A stretch of 64,000 nucleotides of DNA from contig CAVVKJ010000011.1 of assembly GCA_963748815.1 (NCBI GenBank), positions 45,598-109,597 of the forward strand, in the 5' to 3' direction. The notes beneath the pieces are model-generated. The model saw only the letters and a list, made by a program, of their open reading frames with translations. It was not told the origin of the DNA and did not search any database. Position numbers and translations under genes: made by a program. Below are positions 45,097 through 57,890 of this stretch, piece by piece. Position 1 is the first letter of the stretch, and every line of letters starts with the position of its first letter. This DNA comes from an uncultured Gemmatimonadales bacterium. Lineage in GTDB: Bacteria > Gemmatimonadota > Gemmatimonadetes > Gemmatimonadales > GWC2-71-9.

Positions 45097-45113
45097 CCGC
45101 AAGCGAAGCGAGG

Positions 45114-46292
45114 TCACCTCGCCACCTGGCCCAGCAGGTCCATGGCTTCATCCAGTTGCGAATCGGAGAGGTATGGTGCCGGCCCAAACCGAAGGGCGTC
45201 ACCCCGGAAATCCGTCAGGACACCACGTTCCCGCAGCCCTCGGCAGAGCTCACCGGCCCTCGGGGAGCGCAGTGCGAGGAAGCCGGCCAGCTGGTGCAGG
45301 GGAACCCGGTCCCGTGTCACCACCTCTGGGGGGAGGTCGAGCGAATCGAACCGCTCCGCCAGCCGCCCGACCTGGTGCTGGCTCACCTCCCGGAGGAACG
45401 GGGGGGTGAGGCCTTGAGCGCCGAAGAAGTCGAACACCGCCGCGGCGCGGTAGTGGCTGGTCGGATCGTAGGTGGAGCCTGCAAACCGGTCGGCCCCCGT
45501 ACCATAGACCACCGACTGGGGGCGTGACTCGGCGAGCGCACTGAACTCACTGAACCACCCGGTGATGACGGGGCGGAAGGACCGCCCGGGAGGGATCCGG
45601 AGGAAGCAGTTCCCCTCCCCCAGCTGGCAGTACTTGTAACCGCCCCCGGTCACGAACGCCCCCTCCAACCCCTGCCCCTGCACCGACATCGGCACCACGC
45701 CGAGCGCGTGATAGGCGTCCACCAGGAGTTCCGCCCCGTGGCGGGCGCAGGAGGCCGCGAGCCTGTCGAGGCCGGAAACAATGTGGGCGTTGTGGAAGAA
45801 CACCGCCGACACCAGCACCCCGGCCGTGCGGTCATTGAGGGCGGCCGCCAGCCGCTCCGCCACCGTGGCCGCCGGGTCGGCGGCAACCTTCACCACCTCA
45901 ATCCCTTCCTCGCCGAGCCGGTCCAGCTGCCGCCGGATGGTGTGGAACTCCCCGTCCGTCGTGATCAGCCGGGGGCGGTCTCGCAGCGACAGCACCGAGA
46001 GGAACCGGAGGAGCAGGTCGTGGGTGTTCGACGCGAGGGCGTACTCACCGTCGGGGTCATCGAGCAGCTGTGCAAATCCCTGCCGCACCCGGTCGGCCCG
46101 GGCAAAGGCACGCTCCCACTTCTCATCGACCAGTTCGGCGGCATCCTCCCAGGCGCGGAGCTGCCCGTCGCGGGCGCAGTCGGGCCAGGCCTGGTGGGAA
46201 TGCCCTGTCAGGAGGAGGCGGTCGGCGACCCGGAAGGCGGAGTAGTGGGGAGCCAGCTGATTCGGCGCGCGGAAGAGGTCGTCAGTCCGCAC
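45114..46292 (-). CDS. kynU: Kynureninase-like PLP-dependent enzyme
   Basis: LLTGHSHQAW, DAYH, GGYKYCQLGEG (PLP Lys), TGWF; near tryptophan 2,3-dioxygenase. Confidence 0.8.
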   Translation of the reverse strand: MRTDDLFRAPNQLAPHYSAFRVADRLLLTGHSHQAWPDCARDGQLRAWEDAAELVDEKWERAFARADRVRQGFAQLLDDPDGEYALASNTHDLLLRFLSVLSLRDRPRLITTDGEFHTIRRQLDRLGEEGIEVVKVAADPAATVAERLAAALNDRTAGVLVSAVFFHNAHIVSGLDRLAASCARHGAELLVDAYHALGVVPMSVQGQGLEGAFVTGGGYKYCQLGEGNCFLRIPPGRSFRPVITGWFSEFSALAESRPQSVVYGTGADRFAGSTYDPTSHYRAAAVFDFFGAQGLTPPFLREVSQHQVGRLAERFDSLDLPPEVVTRDRVPLHQLAGFLALRSPRAGELCRGLRERGVLTDFRGDALRFGPAPYLSDSQLDEAMDLLGQVAR

Positions 46293-46361
46293 AAGGGGCT
46301 CCCTTGACGAACTGATAGCCATATGATATCATAGCGGTATCACCTTTCCCGTGAGGACGCT

Positions 46362-47228
46362 GTGATTCGCGAAACCAAGTACCAGGCCTCCAATGGCCTG
46401 CTGGCCCTGCTGCTCATCCTGCTCGTTGCCGCACTCGGGTTCGGCTTCGGCGCCCGCAACGCTGCGCAGGAGCTCCCCGCCTTGGCCATTCTCGGCTTCC
46501 TGGTCTTCGGCGTGGCCATGGTGTGCCTCGGCGGACTTTTCGTGGTCAATCCGAACGAAGGCCGGGTCCTCACGCTGTTCGGGAAGTACTCCGGCACGGT
46601 CAAGATTCCGGGGCTCTGGTGGGTGAACCCCTTCATGGCCAAGAAGAAGGTATCGCTGCGCATCCGGAACTTCGAGACCACCAAGCTGAAGGTCAATGAC
46701 GCCAACAGCAACCCGATTGAGATCGCGGCGGTGGTGGTCTGGAAGGTCATCGACACCGCCGAGGCGATGTTCGAGGTGGATGACTACGAGCACTACGTGA
46801 AGGTGCAGAGCGAGTCGGCGGTGCGGACGCTGGCCACCGCCTATCCGTATGACGCCCACACCGACGGCGAGGAAGCGCTCAGCACCCACACCGCCGAGGT
46901 GTCCAAGCAGCTCAACGTCGAAGTGCAGGAGCGCCTCGGCAAGGCGGGGGTGGAAGTGACCGAGGCAAGGATCAGCCATCTGGCCTATTCACCGGAGATT
47001 GCCTCGGCCATGCTGCAGCGTCAGCAGGCCAGCGCCATCATCGCGGCGCGTCAGAAGATCGTCGAGGGCGCCGTCGGGATGGTGGAGACCGCGCTCGAGA
47101 TGCTCTCGTCGAAAAAGATCCTGGAGCTCGACGGCGAGCGGAAGGCACAGATGGTCAGCAATCTGCTGGTGGTGCTCTGCTCGGAACGGGGCACGCAGCC
47201 GGTCGTCAACTCCGGCTCGCTCTACTAA
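46362..47228 (+). CDS. SPFH/band-7 membrane protein
   Basis: [45 protein letters not shown]. Confidence 0.92.
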   Translation: MIRETKYQASNGLLALLLILLVAALGFGFGARNAAQELPALAILGFLVFGVAMVCLGGLFVVNPNEGRVLTLFGKYSGTVKIPGLWWVNPFMAKKKVSLRIRNFETTKLKVNDANSNPIEIAAVVVWKVIDTAEAMFEVDDYEHYVKVQSESAVRTLATAYPYDAHTDGEEALSTHTAEVSKQLNVEVQERLGKAGVEVTEARISHLAYSPEIASAMLQRQQASAIIAARQKIVEGAVGMVETALEMLSSKKILELDGERKAQMVSNLLVVLCSERGTQPVVNSGSLY

Positions 47229-47233
47229 GCCTC

Positions 47234-47401
47234 GTGGCTGAACGCAAAGCGTTTCTGCTCCGACTCGACCCCGCCGTCCACGCCGCGCTGGAGCGGTGGG
47301 CGGCGGACGAGTTGCGCAGCCTGAATGGGCAAATCGAGTTTTTGTTGCGGGAGGCGATGGTCAAGGCGGGGAGGCGGGGAAGCGGGGAGGCAGGGAAGTA
47401 G
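47234..47401 (+). CDS. Small Arc/ribbon-helix-helix DNA-binding protein, 55 aa (absent from ORF track)
   Basis: Hand translation: [47 protein letters not shown]... Confidence 0.85.
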   Translation: MAERKAFLLRLDPAVHAALERWAADELRSLNGQIEFLLREAMVKAGRRGSGEAGK

Positions 47402-47446
47402 GCTCTACGCGGACGCGACCCCTTCCCCGCTGGCCCGCCTCCGCTC

Positions 47447-48244
47447 CTACAGATCCGCCCGTATAGCCCACAAGTCTGGAAAGAGCGGACGATTCAAGGT
47501 CCGCAGCAGATATTCCGCCCCGTCCGACCCTCCTGTCCCCCGCTTCGTCCCGATGGTGCGCTGCACCATCTTCACGTGGCGGTATCGCCATTCCTGCACA
47601 CCCTCGTCCAGGTCGACCAGCCGCTCGCAGACCTGCGCCGCCAGGCCACCCTTGCGGTACACCGCCACCAGCGCCGACTGCACGCCGGCCGATGCCACGA
47701 TCGGCTGCGTGACGTCCCGCGTCTGGGCCTCGGCGGGAATGCCGGCGCCCTCGCGCGCAAGGTAGGCAAGGAATCCATCCCACAGCGTCGTGGCGGCGAA
47801 GCGCCGCTCCAGCAGCGCGCGGTGCGCCGAACCGGCGGGATAGCGCTCCAGGGCGGCGGGCTGCTTGTGCCCCAGCGCAAACTCGAATTCCCGGAACTGG
47901 AACGACTGGAAGCCGCTGCCCGACTCGAGCCGGTCGCGGAAGGAGAGAAACTCCAGCGGCGTCATCGTTTCCAGCACGTCAATCTGGGAGACCAGCACCT
48001 TCAGGATGGTGAGGATGCGCTTGAGGGCGCCGAGCGCGGCCAGTCCGTCGCCGGTCTCGAGCAGCCGCTGCAGACGCCCGACTTCGTGGAGAATCTGCTT
48101 GAACCAGAGCTCGTAGACCTGGTGAATGACGATGAAGAGCATCTCGTCGTGTTCGGGCCCGTCGCTCAACGGCTGCTGCAGTTCCAGGAGTTCATCCACC
48201 TTGAGATAGGTGGCGTAGGTGAGCGGTGTGGCGGATCGGCTCAA
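47447..48244 (-). CDS. kynA: Tryptophan 2,3-dioxygenase
   Basis: HDEMLFIVIHQVYELWFK, SGFQS, WRYRH, GTGGSDG, FPDLW. Confidence 0.96.
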   Translation of the reverse strand: MSRSATPLTYATYLKVDELLELQQPLSDGPEHDEMLFIVIHQVYELWFKQILHEVGRLQRLLETGDGLAALGALKRILTILKVLVSQIDVLETMTPLEFLSFRDRLESGSGFQSFQFREFEFALGHKQPAALERYPAGSAHRALLERRFAATTLWDGFLAYLAREGAGIPAEAQTRDVTQPIVASAGVQSALVAVYRKGGLAAQVCERLVDLDEGVQEWRYRHVKMVQRTIGTKRGTGGSDGAEYLLRTLNRPLFPDLWAIRADL

Positions 48245-48882
48245 AAGGGTTCCTGCCTGGTGGGGGGCGCGTTGACGGCCGGATCGGGGCGGAACATCGT
48301 GTCCACCAGGACGCGCGGCTTGACGCTCTGCCCCGGGAGCATCGACATCCCCGGCTTGCAGGGGCGCGCATTGCGCACGGTCCAGCCGCTCGGCGCGCCG
48401 GCGGAGTCGAAGCGGACGTCGCCCCGCTGCAGCAGCGCCACCCGCCGGACGCCGATCGGCGTGGCCAGCTCGACCCGGCCATTCAGTTCGTACTTGACCG
48501 TGAGGTAGTCGTCGCCCTTGGCGTGCACCCGGGGTTCATCTTCTCGGGGGATATGGAGGACTACGGTGACGTCCACCGAGTCCCGCATCTTCATCGTGAA
48601 GCCCCTGGGGCTCTGGAGCACGCCGACGGGCGCACCGTCCACCAACAGCTGGCCGTCGATGGTCAGCCCGTCCAGGTTGAAGTCGTTCAGGTTGCAGCCG
48701 GTGAGGATGACCTGGAGGGTGTCCGCGGGGGAGCCGCGGAACGTCGTGCGGACCCCGCTCAGCGCGAAGGTCGGATCCGAGTAGAGCCACCCGCCGAGGG
48801 GCGTACAGGCGACGACACCGAGCCCCAGCAACAGGAGACCGGTGACGATGGCCGTCGGTGACGCGAGCGGGCGAATCCGCAT
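48241..48882 (-). CDS. LEA type 2 / WHy-domain lipoprotein
   Basis: VVAC lipobox, NLNDFNL, LLVDG. Confidence 0.65.
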   Translation of the reverse strand: MRIRPLASPTAIVTGLLLLGLGVVACTPLGGWLYSDPTFALSGVRTTFRGSPADTLQVILTGCNLNDFNLDGLTIDGQLLVDGAPVGVLQSPRGFTMKMRDSVDVTVVLHIPREDEPRVHAKGDDYLTVKYELNGRVELATPIGVRRVALLQRGDVRFDSAGAPSGWTVRNARPCKPGMSMLPGQSVKPRVLVDTMFRPDPAVNAPPTRQEPF

Positions 48883-48907
48883 GGGTGCTGGTGACTCCTG
48901 ACGATGC

Positions 48908-49999
48908 TCACGGCGACTCACCCCGCGCCTCGCGCGCGAGCAGAGCCCGCTTCCGGTCTTCTCCCCATCGATATCCACCGCCCGATCCGTCGGCCCGCAC
49001 CACCCGGTGGCAGGGAATGACGACCGCGACCGGATTGGCGGCGCAGGCGCTGCCCACCGCGCGGGCCGCCCCGGGGTGACCGGCCGCCTGCGCCACCTCC
49101 GCGTAGGTGCGGGTTTCCCCGTACGGAATCTCACGCAGGCTCTTCCACACCGCCCGGGCAAATGGGGTGCCCCCGATGTCCAGCGGCACCCGGCCCAGCG
49201 GCGCACCCGCTGCCAGATAGTCGCGCAAGCTGGCGGCCAATCGGGCCAGCGCGCGGTCATCGCGCCGCAACTCCGCCTTCGGAAACTCTTTCGCCAGCGC
49301 CCGGCCCAACGCCGCTTCGTCCTTGCCGAACCAGGCCGCACAGAGCCCCCGGTCGGAGGCAGCCAGCAGCAGCGGGCCTGCGACCGTCTCGGTGACCGTG
49401 AACCGAAGCGTGACCCCCTGGCCTCCCGCTCGATAGGATGCCGGGGTCATGCCGAGGGCATCGGCCCCCTGTTCATAGAGCTGGCGGCTGGAGCCGTAAC
49501 CGGCGTCCCACCCGGCGCGGCTCACGGTCTGCCCCCGCCGCAACCCCGCCTTCAATCGTTCACGGCGGAGCGCCTGTGCGTAGGCCCGGGGACTGACCCC
49601 GACCAACCGGGAGAAGTTGCGTTGCAAATGCGCCGGACTCAAGCCCGAGGCCTTGGCGAGCTCGGCCAGGGGGGGGACCTCCCCAGCCCGGTCTTCAATA
49701 TACGCCAAGGTCCGCCGGACCGCCTCATCCCCCGAACGGGGGGCGGTCCCGGCCACCGCCTGGTCGGGCTTGCACCGTCGGCAGGCCCGGAAGCCCGCCT
49801 CAGCGGCCGCGGAGGGGCTGCCGTAAAATGTTACGTTTTCACGGTTTGGCCGGCGCGACCCGCAGGAGGGGCGGCAGAACACCCCGGTCGTGCGAACGGC
49901 GTAGACGAACTGGCCGTCGAACGCCGCGTCGCGGGCGGCCACGGCGGCCCAGCGGGTGGCGTCACTGAGTCGGGCCCGGATGGCAGGTGAGTTGGTCAT
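48908..49999 (-). CDS. ada: Bifunctional Ada regulator / O6-methylguanine-DNA methyltransferase
   Basis: FCRPSC...RACRRC Zn site, AraC HTH, IPCHRV. Confidence 0.95.
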   Translation of the reverse strand: MTNSPAIRARLSDATRWAAVAARDAAFDGQFVYAVRTTGVFCRPSCGSRRPNRENVTFYGSPSAAAEAGFRACRRCKPDQAVAGTAPRSGDEAVRRTLAYIEDRAGEVPPLAELAKASGLSPAHLQRNFSRLVGVSPRAYAQALRRERLKAGLRRGQTVSRAGWDAGYGSSRQLYEQGADALGMTPASYRAGGQGVTLRFTVTETVAGPLLLAASDRGLCAAWFGKDEAALGRALAKEFPKAELRRDDRALARLAASLRDYLAAGAPLGRVPLDIGGTPFARAVWKSLREIPYGETRTYAEVAQAAGHPGAARAVGSACAANPVAVVIPCHRVVRADGSGGGYRWGEDRKRALLAREARGESP

Positions 50000-50137
50000 G
50001 GCAACAAGGTAGGCCGAGGGGCGGGACGGGGCTATCCGATTCATGTGATGAATCACAGGCGGGGCAGACGGGCAGCGGGGCAGCGAGGCAGTAACTGCCC
50101 TGCTGCCCCGCGGCCCCGCGGCCCAATCCGCACCGTC

Positions 50138-52267
<2,130 letters not shown>

Positions 52268-52397
52268 GGGGTTCCTCGCGCGGGCGGTCGGGAGAGACGA
52301 GCGGCGGACGGCAGGAGTCTAGCGCAGGGGGCGGGCCGGGGGTAGTTTTTTCCATAGACGGTCTATGGGAACGAGACTGAGGACTGCGCGGAGATAA

Positions 52398-52733
52398 ATG
52401 ACGCTGCTGCCTGGGACGCTGGATCTTCTCGTCTTGCGCGCCCTCGCCTGGGAGCCGACGCACGGCACCGGCGTGGGTGACTGGATCAAGCTGGTGACGG
52501 GGGGCGTGCTGACCATCGAGGAGGGGTCGCTCTATCCCGCGCTCCAGCGGCTGGAACGGCAGGGGTGGATCACCTCGGACTGGGGGCGGTCGGACGCGAA
52601 CCGGAGGGCACGGTTCTACCAGCTCACGACGTCAGGGCGTCAGGAGCTTCGCCGCCTGGCGGCGGAGTGGAATCGCTATGCCGAGGCGATGGGGTCGGTG
52701 CTGCGGCACGGGGCGCCGAGGCCATGGATGTAA
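52398..52733 (+). CDS. PadR family regulator
   Basis: GTLDLLVL, EGSLYPALQRLE, NRRARFYQLT. Confidence 0.93.
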   Translation: MTLLPGTLDLLVLRALAWEPTHGTGVGDWIKLVTGGVLTIEEGSLYPALQRLERQGWITSDWGRSDANRRARFYQLTTSGRQELRRLAAEWNRYAEAMGSVLRHGAPRPWM

Positions 52734-52736
52734 ACA

Positions 52737-52871
52737 GCGGGGAAGCGGGGCCGAGGGTCGTCATCCCGGCGCAAGCCGGGATCCATGTTCCCGGGCCAAC
52801 AATGGACCCCGGCTTTCGCCGGGGTGACGATTGGTGTGACTGCCCCCCTGCCCCGCTGCCTCCCGCCCCGC
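52737..52871. repeat. Inverted REP-like doublet flanked by G-rich 8-mer remnants
   Basis: GTCATCCCGGCGCAAGCCGGGATCCA (52760-52785) and TGGACCCCGGCTTTCGCCGGGGTGACG (52803-52829). Confidence 0.85.
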
Positions 52872-52880
52872 CGGCCAGCG

Positions 52881-53539
52881 CTAGCTGGCCCTCGCCCACA
52901 CCTTCAGGAACGGAATCCGACTCGGTGCCGGCGAGATGACCACCGCCGCGGCCTGTTCCACCGGCGCGTCGAGTTCGACGTCGGCCATCGCGGCGAGCGC
53001 CTGCTGGTAGACCATCTGCGCCTGGTGCGCCGGCAAATCCATGGTGCGGATGTAGTGCCGCACGCCGTCTTCCGACGAGCCGCTGCGCGTCCCGGCCAGC
53101 ATCAGCGCATTCGACTTGTGAGTGGCGGCCAGCCCTTCGAGCGCGCGGGCGGCGGCGAGGGTCATCCGGCGCCGCGCCTCCTGGGTCGCGGAGGCCATCC
53201 GGCGAGTCACGCCGAGGAAGGTGCCGGGGTTGAGGAGTGCCCAGCCACTTGGAGTCCCCTCCGCGGCGGGGCCATCGAGCGCGGCAAAGTCCAGCCGGAG
53301 GAAGGTGCCGGTCCGGACGGCGTCGCGCATGCCGAGAGGAACGGGCACTTCGCGGAAATAGGCGTCGAGCGCTTCGTCCACCGACACCAGCGGGGCGAGG
53401 GCTTCGACGAAGCTGGCGGCCTCGGCGCGATGGGTCTCGACCAGCGCCTCCCAGGCGCGGGCGTAGGCCACCTGCACCCGGCGGTCGGCCGGGGTCGCAG
53501 CGGGGGTCAGCGAAGGTATCGGCGTTCGGGACCTGCATC
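52881..53539 (-). CDS. Hypothetical helical protein; start uncertain
   Basis: Protein-like frame RRVQVAYARAWEALVETH...; two similar halves ending ALDAYFR / GVRHYIR; ATG at 53539 needs an indel. Confidence 0.5.
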
Positions 53540-53822
53540 GTTCGGCACTCCGGAAAGAGGTCGACTTCCGGAAGGGGAAAGAGCAGGAGCGGTGCCAGCC
53601 TGGCCTGGACCCGCTGTAACTTCTTATGACGACAATGGGTTGGCGCGTCTGTCCCGCAACCAATTGCAGTACCTTGGCATCCGGGGCGCCGATTCTGTGC
53701 GCTCGGCACACAGCGCTGAGGGATGGACGCGACAGCCGGGCGGGCGGTCGGATGTTTCAGAGTAGATTTGGCCGGACGGGAAGCGTCGTCGTTCGCACGC
53801 CGACAGCGAGCGAAGCAGTATC

Positions 53823-55514
53823 ATGACCTGGCTGATTGAGACTCTCCGCGCGCACCCGGAAATCGCGCTCTTCCTGACCCTCGCGCTTGGGTACGCCCTC
53901 ACCAAGCTGCGGGTTGGCCCCATCCAGTTGAATGCCGTCGTCGCCGTGCTGATCGCGGGCGTCGCCGTCGGACAGTTGCAAATCGAGGTGCCCGCCTCGC
54001 TCCAGTGGGTGTTCTTCGTCCTGTTTCTCTACTCCATCGGGTACCAGACCGGGCCGCAGTTCTTCCGGGGGCTGGGGCGGAGCGCCCTGCCCCAGGTGGG
54101 ACTCGCCCTCCTGCTCTGCGGAACGGTGCTCGCCAGCGCGCTGGCGCTGTCGAGGATCTTCGGGTTCGACGCCGGCGCCGGCGCCGGCCTGCTTGCCGGC
54201 GGGTTGAACGCCTCAGCGGCCATCGGCACGGCCGGTGACGCCATCACCCGTCTCCCGTCGAGCCCGCGACGACCCAGGCCCTCTCTACCAGCCTCACGGT
54301 GGCCTTCGCGGTCACCTACCTGGTCGGGCTGCTGACGGAGATCTTCACGCTCACCATCGTGGGGCCGTGGCTGATGCGCTCGGACCTGGCCGCCGACTGC
54401 AAAAAGCTCGAGGCGGAGATGGGCGTGGGCAGCGGCGACGCCGGCGTCAGCTCCGGGTATCAGGGTGTCGTGGTGCGCGCGTACGGCGTGCCCGCCCGGC
54501 TCGACGGGCGGACGGTGACGGAGGTCGAGCGATCGTTCGCTCCCGCCCGGGTCTTTGCCGAGCGGCTCCGGACCCCGAAGGGATCGTCGACCCGACTCCC
54601 TCGACGGTGCTGCGGACGGGCCACGTCCTCGCGCTCTCGGGCGCCTGGCGACGCAGGTCGGGCCCGGGAATCCGCTGGCCGGCACCGAGGTCGACGATCC
54701 GGAGCTGCTGGACATTCCCACCGGCACCGTTGATGTGGTGCTCGCCGCGAAGGAGCTGGTCGGGCGGACGCTCAGGGACGTGGCGGAGACAGTCGGGCGG
54801 GATGAGGTCAGTCGAAGCGTGTTCATCCGGCAAATCCTGCGGGGAGGGAAGCAGGTGCCGTTCGGGCCTGGCACCGTCGTGGAGCGCGGCGACGTCTTCA
54901 CGCTCGTCGGCCCGGCGGCGCACCTCGGGCGGGTGACTCCCCTCATTGGCCGGGCGTTGCCACCCGCGGCCAGCACCGACTTCCTCAGCATGACAGTGGC
55001 GATCGCCCTCGGCGGGCTGGGCGGCCTCCTGACCGTTCGCCTCGCCGGCCTCGAGGTGGGCCTCAGCATGCCGGTCGGCGTTCTGCTCGGCGGGCTCCTC
55101 GCGGGGTGGCTGCACTCGGTGCGTCCCGCGGTGGCGGCGATGCCCGAGCCGGTGCTCCGCGTCTTCGACTCGATCGGGCTCACCGGCTTCCTGGCGGTGG
55201 TCGGCATCAACGCCGGCCCCGGGTTCATCACGGGCCTGGCCACGTCCGGCGTGCCGCTCGTCATCGCCGGCTTCCTGGTGTGTCTCATCCCGAACGTGGT
55301 GACGATCCTGGCGGGGCGGTACCTCCTCAGGCTCCACCCCGGCGTGCTCCTCGGCATCTGTGCCGGCGCCGGCACCTCGCCGGCGGGGCTGGCCGCGGTG
55401 CAGGACAAGGCCGGGAGCAAGGTCCCGACCCTTGGATACGGTGTGAGCTACGCGGTGGGCAACCTGCTGCTGGCGCTCTGGGGATCGGTGCTGGTCATGG
55501 CCCTCGCCGGCTGA
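53823..55514 (+). CDS. aspT: AspT/YidE family antiporter (aspartate:alanine exchanger-like), frameshifts near 54270, 54580, 54650
   Basis: PEIALFLTLALGY, FLYSIGYQTGPQFF, TrkA-C-like middle, VVGINAGPGF, SKVPTLGYGVSYAVGN. Confidence 0.85.
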
Positions 55515-55532
55515 GACGCAGGGCACTTCCGC

Positions 55533-57038
55533 TCAGAAGTTGACCTCGACGCTGGTGTAGAAGACGTTGCCGTTGCCGCCCACCGGGTAGGGGAGCGAAA
55601 GGGCGCCGACGGGTGAGTGGTTCAACTTGAGCACCTCGGCGTTCCACCGGACGATCTGGTTCTTCCAGGGAAACCAGCTGGCGCCGATCCTGACGTCCGA
55701 GGGGTCACCGTACTGGCCGTAGATCTTGGAGCCGGCGACGTACACCTGCAGCGTCTTCTGAATCGCCATGGCGGAGGCCAGCACCTGGAATCCGTCGTCC
55801 CGGAGGCTGGGGAGCCCGGTGGTGCCGGGCCCCTGGAAGTCATCGATCCAGCGCCCGTAATACGCCGCATCCAGCGAAAATCCGTGATACTTGAGGCCCG
55901 CGTCCACGCTTGTCATCTGGTAGCGTGCATCCTGGACCCGGATCCCCGGGCCGAAGATATCGGGCGCGAAGATGATCCCGCCGTTCGACAGACGGATCTG
56001 GACGTTCTCGAAGTTGTCCGTATTGGGCTGGCCCTGGTAGTTCTCCAGGCTGTAGGTGTAGTGCGCCGCGAATCGCGTCGCGAGCTTCTCGTGATCCTGG
56101 AAGTCGCCGAAGGGGCTTCGCGGCCCTCCGAACTCGCCGGTGGTCGGCAGCCAGACGAGGGACGCCGAGACGGTGTTGAGCCCGTTGTCCAGCTGGCCGG
56201 CGTCCACGCCCAGTTGACTGAGGTTGTTCCCCAGCATGACGGTGTAACTGAGACGATCGACCACCTCGCCGAGGGCCCAGATGCCGGTGGTGTAGGACGG
56301 CCGGAAGTACTCGTCGGCGATGAGGCGGTTGTCGACCGGGAGCCAGGCGGGGAATTGACCCTCGGTCGAGCGCACGCCGGGCAGGCCGAAGATCCCGCCG
56401 CCGACGGTGAGGTGGCTGTTGATGTTGTACATGAGGTTGCCGGCGACGACGACCTGCGCGGACAGCCCCTGGCTGGTGTTCGTGCTCCAGACGTAGGTCA
56501 GGTATCGAAAGCGCGGACTCAGGATCCAGCCGCGAAAGTACAGGATGACCTTCTGGAACTGGACATCCTGCCGCTGCTGCACCGGGACGGTGTTGCCGAA
56601 CGCGTCGGTGTAGGTCGGATCGAGGCCCATCTGGTTGAGGTAGCGGACGTAGGTGTAGAGGCTGAAGTTGAGGTCGCCCTTGTCGGTGTTCACTACCTTG
56701 AACCCGGTACCGGGCGTGTACGTCCCCCACGAGTCTCTCTTGGCCTTGCCGAGCGCAAACTGGCCGCTGCAGCCATCCGTGACCCAGATGCTCTGCTGAT
56801 CGTAGCCCCAGGTCACGCCCAATACGCACGCCAGGCTGCCCGTCTCCCGGAGCAGGGTGACCCCCGCGCCGGTGTTGGCCGCGCAGCTCTGGCGTTCGCC
56901 CGGTTTCGACGCACAGACGACATCCGGAACGCGCGCGGTGCTGTCCTGGGCCGCCGCGGCGGTCGCCCCGACTGAAGAGGCGAGCACGATCACCGCGAGA
57001 CTTCCCGCCAGGCGCCGCCTCGGTATGCGCACGAACAT
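55533..57038 (-). CDS. Outer-membrane beta-barrel protein with N-terminal DUF3011-like Cys domain
   Basis: Signal AAA-Q; C...C..GVTWGYD..IWVTDGC; C-terminal YTSVEVNF beta-signal. Confidence 0.7.
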   Translation of the reverse strand: MFVRIPRRRLAGSLAVIVLASSVGATAAAAQDSTARVPDVVCASKPGERQSCAANTGAGVTLLRETGSLACVLGVTWGYDQQSIWVTDGCSGQFALGKAKRDSWGTYTPGTGFKVVNTDKGDLNFSLYTYVRYLNQMGLDPTYTDAFGNTVPVQQRQDVQFQKVILYFRGWILSPRFRYLTYVWSTNTSQGLSAQVVVAGNLMYNINSHLTVGGGIFGLPGVRSTEGQFPAWLPVDNRLIADEYFRPSYTTGIWALGEVVDRLSYTVMLGNNLSQLGVDAGQLDNGLNTVSASLVWLPTTGEFGGPRSPFGDFQDHEKLATRFAAHYTYSLENYQGQPNTDNFENVQIRLSNGGIIFAPDIFGPGIRVQDARYQMTSVDAGLKYHGFSLDAAYYGRWIDDFQGPGTTGLPSLRDDGFQVLASAMAIQKTLQVYVAGSKIYGQYGDPSDVRIGASWFPWKNQIVRWNAEVLKLNHSPVGALSLPYPVGGNGNVFYTSVEVNF

Positions 57039-57066
57039 CAGATCTCACCTTGTCATTGGAGTGACA

Positions 57067-57840
57067 CTACTTGCTGCTGCACCCGCTGATGCAGAAGAAG
57101 GGCGGCGTGAACAGCATCATGCCGGCCTGGAGTCCCGCGCCCAGGCAGCTCGTGAACTCCTGGCCGTAGGTGAAGGCGAAGGTGGTGTACTGGTTCGGCT
57201 CCCAGCGCACGCCGGCCTTGTATTCCGCCGGCGTCTCCACGTCGCCGACGCCGCCGAAGACTTCGCCCACGATGGCGAGCTTCGGGCCCTTGGGATACCA
57301 GGCCAGCCGGGTGGAATAGGTGAACGCCCAGCCGACTTCCGAGGCTGGTCCCGCTGTCGTTGGTGTAGCTCGCCCCGGCATCAGGTCCCACGAGAGCCTG
57401 TTGTCGAGGAAGGGAAGCGTCACCGGCGCGTTCACCCACCAGGTCTGGAACGCATCCTCAAGCCCCACGCTCGTCAGGTAGCCCGGATCGAGGCCGGTGC
57501 CGCCCTTGAACGCCACGCCGCCGGTCTTGGCGGCGTTCTCGTCGATCATGTACTTGAAGTAGAGGCTCGTCGAGTAGCCGTCGTCCGTCGAGCGGTCGTT
57601 GTCGCCATTGATGATGTACGCGGCGTAGGTGAACTCCCAGCGGGGCAGCAGGGAGAAGGTGGTCATCACCATGTCGCTCTGCTGGCCGGCGGTCAGGATG
57701 ATGGTGGCCACGCCGGCGGGCTTCGACAGGTAGTTGTCGGAATTGAACTGCTGGGCGCTGGGCGGGCGTCCAGGACGACGGCCAGCGCCACTGCCAGGGC
57801 GCCGGCCATCGCGTGTGCCGAATCCGGGGGATGCTCGCAC
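57067..57840 (-). CDS. Hypothetical exported / outer-membrane protein, frameshifts near 57770 and 57370
   Basis: Signal-like ALAVALAVVL..SA-QQFNSDNY; amphipathic beta strands; YKAGVRWEP. Confidence 0.6.
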   Translation of the reverse strand: MRASPGFGTRDGRRPGSGAGRRPGRPPSAQQFNSDNYLSKPAGVATIILTAGQQSDMVMTTFSLLPRWEFTYAAYIINGDNDRSTDDGYSTSLYFKYMIDENAAKTGGVAFKGGTGLDPGYLTSVGLEDAFQTWWVNAPVTLPFLDNRLSWDLMPGRATPTTAGPASEVGWAFTYSTRLAWYPKGPKLAIVGEVFGGVGDVETPAEYKAGVRWEPNQYTTFAFTYGQEFTSCLGAGLQAGMMLFTPPFFCISGCSSK

Positions 57841-57890
57841 GGCGTGCCAATCGTTGGTGTCAGGCCTGCGTCACGGCGTTCGGTGGCCTG

